Below are positions 21,736 through 29,161 of a DNA stretch of 64,000 bases, one piece after another. This stretch comes from an uncultured Acidobacteriaceae bacterium (GTDB taxonomy: Bacteria > Acidobacteriota > Terriglobia > Terriglobales > Acidobacteriaceae). Each line of letters starts with the position of its first letter. The first letter of the stretch is position 1. A program made the position numbers and the translations under genes. Under the pieces are notes generated by a model, which was not told the DNA's origin, ran no database searches, and worked only from the letters and a program-made list of their open reading frames with translations. The DNA is taken from NCBI GenBank assembly GCA_964247625.1, contig CAXTVA010000003.1, positions 228,849-292,848 of the forward strand, given 5' to 3'.

Positions 21736-22602
21736 CTAAGCGGCGGTGCGCTCCTCGTCGGTGCCAGCCGTGGCTTCGACCTTTGGAGGAGAGACCACCT
21801 GGCCGTACTCGAGCAGGGTGACCATGCCGACACCGCCACAGATGTTGCCCGCGACTGCAGGGAAGAACCACGCGGGAAAGCCCTGCCACGGGAGCATGCC
21901 GGTGAGAACAGCGGCCAGGACCTCGCCTGAGCCGGCGATGCAATGGGCGAAGTTGCCGAGGCCGACGACGAAGGTCAGCATCCAGATGATCATGACCGAG
22001 CCGGTGATGGAGTGAGAGCCGGAGACGAGCCACGCGGCGAGCGCGATGATCCAGCCACCCATCACCCCACTCCAAAAGATGGAGCTGGGAACGCGCTGTG
22101 TCGCTTCCAGGCCGAGCTGGGCGAGGGCGTGAACGACGTCGGGGCGGACGGCGTTCGTCTTGGTCGCAAGCAGGGCAAAGGTGAGCGCGCCAAGTACGTT
22201 GGCCGGCAGAACGGTGAACCAGAGCCGCGTGGTGTTCCAGAAGTGGCGCTTCTCGGTAAGGACGAGCGCGACGGGATAGAGCGTGTTCTCCGTAAAGAGC
22301 TGGGCGCGGCCGAGGATGACGACGATGAAGCCGAGCGGATAGAACATCTTGGCAATGAACTGGATCTTGGAGGAGGTCCCGAGCATGGCGAGCGCGATCG
22401 CGTTGCCGATGGCAGACAGACCCATGAAGATGCCGCCCGCGAAGCCGGAGAAGCCGAGCGAGACGCTGGACCGCTTGAGCTCCTGGCGCGCATTGTTGGC
22501 GACCTGCTCGAAGATCTCCTGGGCGCTGGGCCGCTCGAGGTTCTTCTGCGCGTCCTGCGCGGGTGCGGCGTCGAAGGCTCGTTTGCGGCGGCGAAAGGCC
22601 AT
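21736..22602 (-). CDS. formate/nitrite transporter (FNT) family channel
   Basis: 288 aa starting from ATG 22602 (MAFRRRKRAF). It has six hydrophobic segments and FNT-like motifs (FTENTLYP, GNFAHCIAG). Confidence 0.8.
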   Translation of the reverse strand: MAFRRRKRAFDAAPAQDAQKNLERPSAQEIFEQVANNARQELKRSSVSLGFSGFAGGIFMGLSAIGNAIALAMLGTSSKIQFIAKMFYPLGFIVVILGRAQLFTENTLYPVALVLTEKRHFWNTTRLWFTVLPANVLGALTFALLATKTNAVRPDVVHALAQLGLEATQRVPSSIFWSGVMGGWIIALAAWLVSGSHSITGSVMIIWMLTFVVGLGNFAHCIAGSGEVLAAVLTGMLPWQGFPAWFFPAVAGNICGGVGMVTLLEYGQVVSPPKVEATAGTDEERTAA

Positions 22603-22692
22603 ACCTGGATTGTAGTCAACGCGTAGGGCCGCACACGGCATCACGGTCCAGGCGAACGGGGGCGGGGTTCGGCTTGGTAAGATTTTGAGACG

Positions 22693-24183
22693 ATGCCGAC
22701 ACAGACCCGTCTTGCGCCCGAGGTTCTTGCGAAGTACCAGCCTGTGATCGGGCTTGAGGTGCATGTCCAGCTGCTCACGGCGTCCAAGGCGTTCTGCGGG
22801 TGCCGAAACGAGTACGGTGGAGAGCCGAATACGCACGTCTGCCCGACGTGCCTCGGTCTGCCCGGAGCGCTGCCGGTGCTGAACCGGAGAGCGGTGGAGT
22901 TCGCCGTTCTGGCGGGGAAGGCGATCGGCTGTGAGATTCGGGAGCGCAGTATCTTTTCGCGCAAGAACTACTTCTATCCGGACTCGCCGAAGGGCTACCA
23001 GATCTCGCAGTTCGACAAGCCGGTCGCGGAGCACGGCGCGATTGTGATCCCGGACGCGGAGGGCCGGCCGAGGCGGATTGGCGTGACGCGGCTGCATCTG
23101 GAGGAGGATGCCGGCAAGAGTCTGCACGACGGATTTGCGGACTCGTCGACGCGCAGTTATATCGATCTGAATCGCTGCGGAACGCCGCTGGTCGAGATCG
23201 TGAGCGAGCCCGATCTGCGCACGCCGGACGAGGCCTTCGAGTACCTGACGCGATTGAAGGAGATCCTACTCTACACGGGCGTGAGCGACTGCAATATGGA
23301 GGAGGGATCGCTGCGCTGTGACGCAAACGTGAGCGTGATGCTGAGCGATGCGGAGACGTTCGGCACCAAAGCCGAGGTCAAGAACGTGAACTCGTTTCGC
23401 TACATCCGGGCCGCGCTAGAGTACGAGATCGAGCGGCAGATCGAGGTACTCGAAGAGGGCGGCCGCGTGGTGCAGGAGTCGCGGCTGTGGAATAACGCCG
23501 AGGGCCGCACGTTCTCGATGCGATCGAAGGAGCAGGCACATGACTACCGGTACTTTCCGGAGCCAGACCTGCCGGCGCTGGTGGTCGACGCTGCGTGGCA
23601 GGCGGAGATTCTGGAGGCGATGCCGGAGCTACCCGAGGCGCGACGTGCACGCATGGTGCAGGAGTACGGCATCAGCATGCAGGACGCGGCGACGCTGACG
23701 GCGACGCGGGCGTTCGCGGACCAGTTTGAGACGGCGGCAAAGGTGGCGAGGTCGCCGCGACGCGTGGTCGCGCTGTTGACCAGCGAGCTGACGCCACGGC
23801 TGCGCGCGGTGGAGATGGAGATGGAGAGCTCGCCGGTGACGCTGGCGGGTGTGGTGATGGCGGCCGATCTGCTGGAGTCGGGCGAGCTCTCGTCCAAGCA
23901 GCTGAAGGGTCTGCTGGACCTGTGCTTCGAGCGGCGCGCCGACTTCGCGCTTGTGTATGAGCAGGAGCGACCGCAGCAGATCTCGGACACGGGCGCGATC
24001 GAGGCGATGATCGATGAGGTGATCGTCGCGAGTGCGAAGCAGGTCGAGCAGTATCGCGGCGGCAAGAAGACAGTGGCGGCGTTCTTTGTCGGGCAGGTGA
24101 TGCGGCTGTCGAAGGGACAGGCGAATCCGGCGCTGCTGAACGCGCTGGTGACGAAGAAGCTGGACGCTCTGGGGCCGCTTTAG
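22693..24183 (+). CDS. gatB: Asp-tRNA(Asn)/Glu-tRNA(Gln) amidotransferase subunit B
   Basis: 496 aa. The N-terminus YQPVIGLEVHVQL...KAFCGC...CPTCLGLPGALPVLN is diagnostic. Confidence 0.95.
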   Translation: MPTQTRLAPEVLAKYQPVIGLEVHVQLLTASKAFCGCRNEYGGEPNTHVCPTCLGLPGALPVLNRRAVEFAVLAGKAIGCEIRERSIFSRKNYFYPDSPKGYQISQFDKPVAEHGAIVIPDAEGRPRRIGVTRLHLEEDAGKSLHDGFADSSTRSYIDLNRCGTPLVEIVSEPDLRTPDEAFEYLTRLKEILLYTGVSDCNMEEGSLRCDANVSVMLSDAETFGTKAEVKNVNSFRYIRAALEYEIERQIEVLEEGGRVVQESRLWNNAEGRTFSMRSKEQAHDYRYFPEPDLPALVVDAAWQAEILEAMPELPEARRARMVQEYGISMQDAATLTATRAFADQFETAAKVARSPRRVVALLTSELTPRLRAVEMEMESSPVTLAGVVMAADLLESGELSSKQLKGLLDLCFERRADFALVYEQERPQQISDTGAIEAMIDEVIVASAKQVEQYRGGKKTVAAFFVGQVMRLSKGQANPALLNALVTKKLDALGPL

Positions 24184-24231
24184 ACCAGGGTTCGGTGACG
24201 TGGCGCGCAATCTCGCGTACAAGGGTTCATC

Positions 24232-25812
24232 ATGATGGACCGTCGATGGCTGGTGCGGAGTGGATTCGCCTTGGGCGTGAGTGCGGTGCTGCTTGGCGCG
24301 GCGAGCTGTCGCGAGCGGGGCTATGTGGCGCCGACTGAGCCGATGCCGCCCAACACGATCCTGCTCTCGGGCATGATGCGGCAGCTGTCGGATCGGCCTG
24401 GGTTCACGGACGCGGTGCTTGCGGAGCTCGACCATGGCCGGCGCACCGGGGCGGCGCTGATGACACCGCAGCTTATAGATCGGATGCGCGAGCTGATCCT
24501 GGGCAAGGACTGGGAGGGACTGAACCGGTTCCCGGGGTGGACGATGCGCGCGATTACGCCGACGGTGGGTGTCGCCGCGCGCGTGGTGAACCGGCGCTCC
24601 GGCGGACCGGACGCTGCTGCGGATAAGCCGACGGATGTGCCGCAGGCGACGCTGGAGTCGCCGAATCTGGCGAGGCAGCCCTCGGCCGAGGAGGTGGCGG
24701 GGTACCTCGATCTGGGCGAGTTTGCGCTTGGCCGGACGCTGATGGTGGATCTAGATGAGGCTCCGCAGGGAGCTGCACCGGCGGTCTCTGAGGTCAAGCC
24801 GCTGGGCTATGGGGTGGTGAGCGGCGATGACCCCGATCCGCAGCTGGCGGGCACGCACGCGGAGAGTGCACGGCTGGCGCAGCTGCTGAACCGCATGAGC
24901 GTGAATGGGCTGAACCTGAGCGGCGTCGAGTCGGCGGCTCCGGCGGCGGCAGGGATCGGAGGTCATGTGGCGCGGTCGCCCGAGGAGCTGATGGCGATGC
25001 TGGTGACCGCCGGCCACACGGTGCGTGTGGCGGATGCGCGTTACTTCGCCAACTTCGGGCACTTCCATTTCAATGGGCAGGACGTGATGATGCCGTTCTG
25101 GGTCGATACGCAGCTTCGTGTGCCGGAGACGCGGCGACCGCTGCTGGTGCCGGTCGCGCACGCGGAGTATGAGTGGCAGGTCCGCGGACCGAAGGTGAAT
25201 GCGGACGTCGCGTTCTACTACGGCATCGATGGGCGTGCGGAGTTTCGCACGATGGACGAGCGGAATCAGGGGTGGGTGCTGGGCCGATTTGCGCACGTCT
25301 ATGAGGGCGCACAGGCGGTCGAGGTGACGCGACTGACGGCAAAGATGGTCGTGGCTTATATGCATCAACACGTCGCCCGGCCGAAGCTGCCGTTCGGCGG
25401 CTACTACACGCTGGGCGTATGCCAGGACGCGGTGGCGGCGATCGAGCGGCACATGACCGGCAAGGTGACGCTGTTTCCGAACACGGCGGATGTGAGCCTG
25501 TTTGATGACCCGCGTGATGCGGAGGTGAACGGGCTGATGGCGGCGATTCCGAAGGATCGTGCGTCGGCACCGCTCGATCCGGAGCGTGTCTTTGGCTCAC
25601 TGCCGACGACGGATCTGCGAGCGATCACGATCCCCGGGCTCGCCAAGGACCTTGTGGCGACGCAGGCGGCGTGGCACGACGGCACACTGCGACGCTATGA
25701 CCCGAGGCAGCGGCACTTGGTGCTCGCGCTCGAAGCGGGCGGGATCGTGCTGGCGTTTGCCGTGGCGCTCTGGGTGTACCGCAGCAGGCGACGAGGCCGA
25801 ATGACGCGGTAG
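24232..25812 (+). CDS. hypothetical lipoprotein-like protein with C-terminal TM anchor
   Basis: 526 aa. It has a lipobox-like LLGAASC at the N-terminus and a C-terminal hydrophobic helix (LVLALEAGGIVLAFAVALWVY) followed by RSRRRGR. I recognise no family. Codon usage is good. Confidence 0.65.
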   Translation: MMDRRWLVRSGFALGVSAVLLGAASCRERGYVAPTEPMPPNTILLSGMMRQLSDRPGFTDAVLAELDHGRRTGAALMTPQLIDRMRELILGKDWEGLNRFPGWTMRAITPTVGVAARVVNRRSGGPDAAADKPTDVPQATLESPNLARQPSAEEVAGYLDLGEFALGRTLMVDLDEAPQGAAPAVSEVKPLGYGVVSGDDPDPQLAGTHAESARLAQLLNRMSVNGLNLSGVESAAPAAAGIGGHVARSPEELMAMLVTAGHTVRVADARYFANFGHFHFNGQDVMMPFWVDTQLRVPETRRPLLVPVAHAEYEWQVRGPKVNADVAFYYGIDGRAEFRTMDERNQGWVLGRFAHVYEGAQAVEVTRLTAKMVVAYMHQHVARPKLPFGGYYTLGVCQDAVAAIERHMTGKVTLFPNTADVSLFDDPRDAEVNGLMAAIPKDRASAPLDPERVFGSLPTTDLRAITIPGLAKDLVATQAAWHDGTLRRYDPRQRHLVLALEAGGIVLAFAVALWVYRSRRRGRMTR

Positions 25813-25928
25813 ATGCGCCTCTGCTCACAACCGGGACCGTTAATCGAGCCGGTTTTGCTTGCACCATTTATGAGGCAACGCGTATCGTCGCAGTCGAGTT
25901 TCTCTTTGGAGAACCTGGAGATGACGAG

Positions 25929-26336
25929 ATGGCGACGAAGAAGGCTGTGAGCAAGAAGGCCCCTGCGAAGAAGACCGTAGCAAAGAAGACTTCAGCGAAG
26001 AAGGCGAAGACGGCGGCGAAGAAGACGGCGGCGAAGAAGGTGCCTGCCAAGAAGACTGTAGCGAAGAAGACCGTGGCCAAGAAGGCTCCGGCGAAGAGCT
26101 CCGCGGCGAAGAAAACGACCGGCAAGTCGGTGTCCAAGAAGGCCAACCCGGGGACGAAGTATGCGCCTGCGGCACACGCGAACGTCGAGCGCGAGATGAA
26201 GGCGATGAAGCAGGGCAAGCTACGCAGCGGAAGTGGACAGAAGGTGACGAATCCAAAGCAGGCCATTGCCATTGCGCTCTCGGAGGAGCGCCGGGCCGGC
26301 GCAGACGTTCCGCCGAACCCGAATGAGAGTAAGTAG
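25929..26336 (+). CDS. histone H1-like Lys/Ala-repeat protein fused to a DUF6496-like C-terminal domain
   Basis: 135 aa. I count 28 Lys in the first 78 residues, arranged as xxAKK pentads. The C-terminus KQGKLRSGSGQKVTNPKQAIAIALSEERRAG resembles DUF6496 proteins, from memory. GGAGA lies 7 nt upstream of the ATG. Confidence 0.75.
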   Translation: MATKKAVSKKAPAKKTVAKKTSAKKAKTAAKKTAAKKVPAKKTVAKKTVAKKAPAKSSAAKKTTGKSVSKKANPGTKYAPAAHANVEREMKAMKQGKLRSGSGQKVTNPKQAIAIALSEERRAGADVPPNPNESK

Positions 26337-26378
26337 GTCTGAACGACGAGGCTATATGGCGCGGCGGGGTGACTGCCG

Positions 26379-26756
26379 CTAGCTCTTCGCGGGGGCCGCG
26401 GGTGTGCTCGCCGGGGCGGGTGCGGCTGCGGCCTTGCTCTCGCTGCTGGCGCTCTTGCTCTCGCCGTTAGCGCTCTTGCTCTCGCCGCTGGCGGGCTTGC
26501 TCTCGGAGGAGCTCTCGGATTTTGCGCCTGGGGCAGTGTCGCTCTTGCCCTCGGCTGCGCCGGAGGCTGCCGGTTTGTTCGAGGAGTAGAGGTCCTTGTA
26601 CCAGCCGCCGCCCGCAAAGGAGAACGCAGGGGCGGAGAGGACGCGCTCCAGTGGGCCTCCGCAGTGGGGGCACTGGGTGATCTCAGGGTCCGAAAACTTC
26701 TGGCGTTTTTCGGTGTGACGATGGCAGGTCTGACACTCGTACTCGTAGATCGGCAT
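26379..26756 (-). CDS. FmdB-family zinc-ribbon protein (CxxC_CxxC_SSSS) with Ser/Glu/Lys-rich tail
   Basis: The ATG at 26756 gives MPIYEYECQTCHRHTEKRQKFSDPEITQCPHCGGPLERV, the classic FmdB signature. Confidence 0.85.
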   Translation of the reverse strand: MPIYEYECQTCHRHTEKRQKFSDPEITQCPHCGGPLERVLSAPAFSFAGGGWYKDLYSSNKPAASGAAEGKSDTAPGAKSESSSESKPASGESKSANGESKSASSESKAAAAPAPASTPAAPAKS

Positions 26757-26978
26757 GGTGTCGCGTGGACTCCTCAACCTTCATCTTAGCGGCTGCTGTG
26801 GGATCGAGGAGGGATTTGCCATCCGGCACCCGATGACTTTGAGGAGGGCTTCCCCACGCAGCGCTGTCGGTGAACGTCGGGCGCGGAGTACGCCTGTTTG
26901 AACGAGGCGCACCGACTGCGTCCGGCTGGGGCCGGAGTCGCACGAGCGGGCTCCCCGGGGTGGGATGATGGGAGGGGG

Positions 26979-27968
26979 ATGCGAGCCGACTGCGGGATCG
27001 AACGGGTGGTGGCGATCGACTGGTCAGGACGGGTGGATGTCCCGGGGCAGCGGCGGCATATCTGGGCGGGCGTCTGGACGGCGGTGGGCTCACTGCCCGC
27101 GGGACAGGCGGAGCGGGTGCGGGCGCGCGGTGCGGATGGCGCGGTGCGCATGGAGTCGGGGAGGACGCGCGAGGAGGTCGGCGAGTGGCTGATCGGCATG
27201 GCGCGGGAGACGCCGCGGATGGTGGTCGGGATCGACATGTGCTTCAGCTTCCCGGAGTGGTTTGTGCGGGGGGAGCTGGGGATCGGGACGGCGCCGGCGT
27301 TCTGGAGGCTGGTGACGGAGACGCACGGGGAGCGGTGGCTGCTGCGGCGGGCGGCGGAGGATCCGGAGCTCGACCGGCGATTCTGGGGCAAGCCGCACAG
27401 ACGGCCGGCGGAGTTCTCAGGTGAGCACCTGCATCGGATGCTGCGAGCGACGGACATCGACTGCAAGATCATTGCGGAGATCCCGGAGGCGGAGCGGGCG
27501 GCCAGGGTCAAGGGGATCACGCCGAAGAGCGTCTTTCAGATTGGCGGGTCGGGGTCAGTGGGGACGGGGTCGCTGCGGGGGATGCCGACCCTGCTGCGAC
27601 TCTGGGAGGCGGGGTTCCGGGTGTGGCCGTTCGACTCGCCGGCGCTGACTGGAGCGGCGCCGCGGCCGATGGTGGTTGAGATGTATACGCGGCTGATGAC
27701 GGGGGCGGTGCACAAGGCGAATCCGGCGAAGCGAGCGGCGTACCTGGCACGACGACGAGCGCGCGGAGAGGCGGAGTTCGATGAGCGATATGCAAAGCTG
27801 GGGCGGACGGTGCTGCGGCAGGCGGAGACAAGCGAGGACGCCTTCGATGCGCTGGTCAGCTGCATGGTGATGAGCGAGCGGCGAGGGAGCTTTGCGCGGC
27901 TGCCGGCGCCACGGGACCCGGCGCACCGGATCGAGGGGTGGACGTGGGCGCCGGAGATGGGTGTCTGA
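26979..27968 (+). CDS. DUF429-like predicted RNase H-fold protein
   Basis: ATG at 26979 follows GGAGGGGG. The N-terminus is VVAIDWSG, followed by GIDMCFSFP, then EDAFDALV and EGW near the C-terminus. This matches my recollection of DUF429. The assignment is tentative. Confidence 0.55.
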   Translation: MRADCGIERVVAIDWSGRVDVPGQRRHIWAGVWTAVGSLPAGQAERVRARGADGAVRMESGRTREEVGEWLIGMARETPRMVVGIDMCFSFPEWFVRGELGIGTAPAFWRLVTETHGERWLLRRAAEDPELDRRFWGKPHRRPAEFSGEHLHRMLRATDIDCKIIAEIPEAERAARVKGITPKSVFQIGGSGSVGTGSLRGMPTLLRLWEAGFRVWPFDSPALTGAAPRPMVVEMYTRLMTGAVHKANPAKRAAYLARRRARGEAEFDERYAKLGRTVLRQAETSEDAFDALVSCMVMSERRGSFARLPAPRDPAHRIEGWTWAPEMGV

Positions 27969-27988
27969 AGGAGCTGCGCGGCGCGCCG

Positions 27989-28966
27989 TTAGCGCTCTGG
28001 GGAGGAGTGGGTGCCGTTGAGTGCGGCGGCGCGTGCCAGCTCGGACGATGCTCGGGCTTCGAGACCTTCCTTGCGATAGACCTGGCCGAGCTGAAAGTGG
28101 AGGGCGGCGTCATTGGGGGTCACGGCGAGGGCGGACTCGAACTCTGCCTGGGCTTGGGGGAGATTGTCGCGACGACGGTAGAGCTTGCCAAGGGCGGTGT
28201 GGATCCTGGGGTCCTGGGGGGCGATGGCGACGGCTTGCTGGAGAAGGGCGAGCGCCTCGTCGAGCTGATTCCGGTCGGAGAGGAGAGTCGCCAGATTGAG
28301 GAGAGGCTGCTCGCTCGGCTGTTTCGCGCCGGCCTGCCACGAGATGGCCTGGCGGTAGGCGCGGATGGCCTCGTCGGGCTGGTTGAGGCCTTCCCATGCG
28401 AGGCCGAGGTTGTTCTCGACTTTGACGGAGCGGGGGAGGAGAAGGAGCGCCCGCTGAAAGCTGACGACGGCGTCGTTGAAGCGGTTCTCCGTGTAACGAA
28501 TTCTGCCGAGGGCGTACCAGGTCTCGCCGTCGCGCGGATTCATCTGCGAGGAGCGCGTGATCCAGATATCTGCGTCGGGGTAGTCATTTAGTAACACATA
28601 GTCCAAGGCGACGGTCTGGAGGTCGACGGCGGTGGGCGGACGGAGCTTCGCGGCTTGGGTGTACTCGGCGAGGGACTCTTTCGCGAGGCGTTCGTGAAAG
28701 AGGGTCGACGCGAGGAGATAGCGGGCCTCGGGCGAGCTGCTGTCGTGCGCCAGGTAGGAGCGAAGGAGGATATCCGCGTCTTTCCATTGATGATCCGCGA
28801 TGGCGGCACGGGCCCGGTCGAGCTCGGGCGGGGAGGGTTGGAGCGGCAGAGGGAGATGTAAGCAGCGTGCGTCGCGGCCTGCCAGCGAGAGCAGACCGCA
28901 GAGCAGGAGACCAGTTCCGCAGGGGACCAGAGAGAAGCTTATTGACGGAAGGAGACGGCCCTTCAC
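27989..28966 (-). CDS. secreted TPR-repeat protein (paralog of 20600..21607)
   Basis: It has TPR units and a hydrophobic N-terminal segment (LVPCGTGLLLCGLLSLAG). The start is uncertain: GTG at 28966 is preferred because codons upstream (to ATG 29059) have AT-rich third positions. Confidence 0.65.
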   Translation of the reverse strand: MKGRLLPSISFSLVPCGTGLLLCGLLSLAGRDARCLHLPLPLQPSPPELDRARAAIADHQWKDADILLRSYLAHDSSSPEARYLLASTLFHERLAKESLAEYTQAAKLRPPTAVDLQTVALDYVLLNDYPDADIWITRSSQMNPRDGETWYALGRIRYTENRFNDAVVSFQRALLLLPRSVKVENNLGLAWEGLNQPDEAIRAYRQAISWQAGAKQPSEQPLLNLATLLSDRNQLDEALALLQQAVAIAPQDPRIHTALGKLYRRRDNLPQAQAEFESALAVTPNDAALHFQLGQVYRKEGLEARASSELARAAALNGTHSSPER

Positions 28967-28999
28967 GTGTAAACGATAACAGGCCGAGAAAATGCGTGT

Positions 29000-29029
29000 T
29001 TGACAGACCTTTGCTATGGACCCTAAGCT
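29000..29029 (+). promoter_or_regulatory. candidate sigma70-type promoter for the second receptor gene
   Basis: TTGACA (29000-29005), an 18-nt spacer, then TAAGCT (29024-29029). It lies about 130 nt upstream of ATG 29162. Confidence 0.3.
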
Positions 29030-29161
29030 TTGTCTCGGGTTGGCCGTAGTCCTCACCATTGGGAGACGGTCAGCGATACTGCCTCGAGCACGTGGCCAGC
29101 ACGTTTGCCCCAGCCGAGCAGACGATCCGTTTCCTGTGATGCTTTTTCTGGAGAGGTCTAT

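Noticed and set aside
29030-29161. The 5' UTR of the second receptor gene as a cobalamin or other riboswitch.
   Set aside because: I could not find a B12-box or any other riboswitch core motif that I know. The region is short (~130 nt) and has no obvious conserved multi-stem structure.
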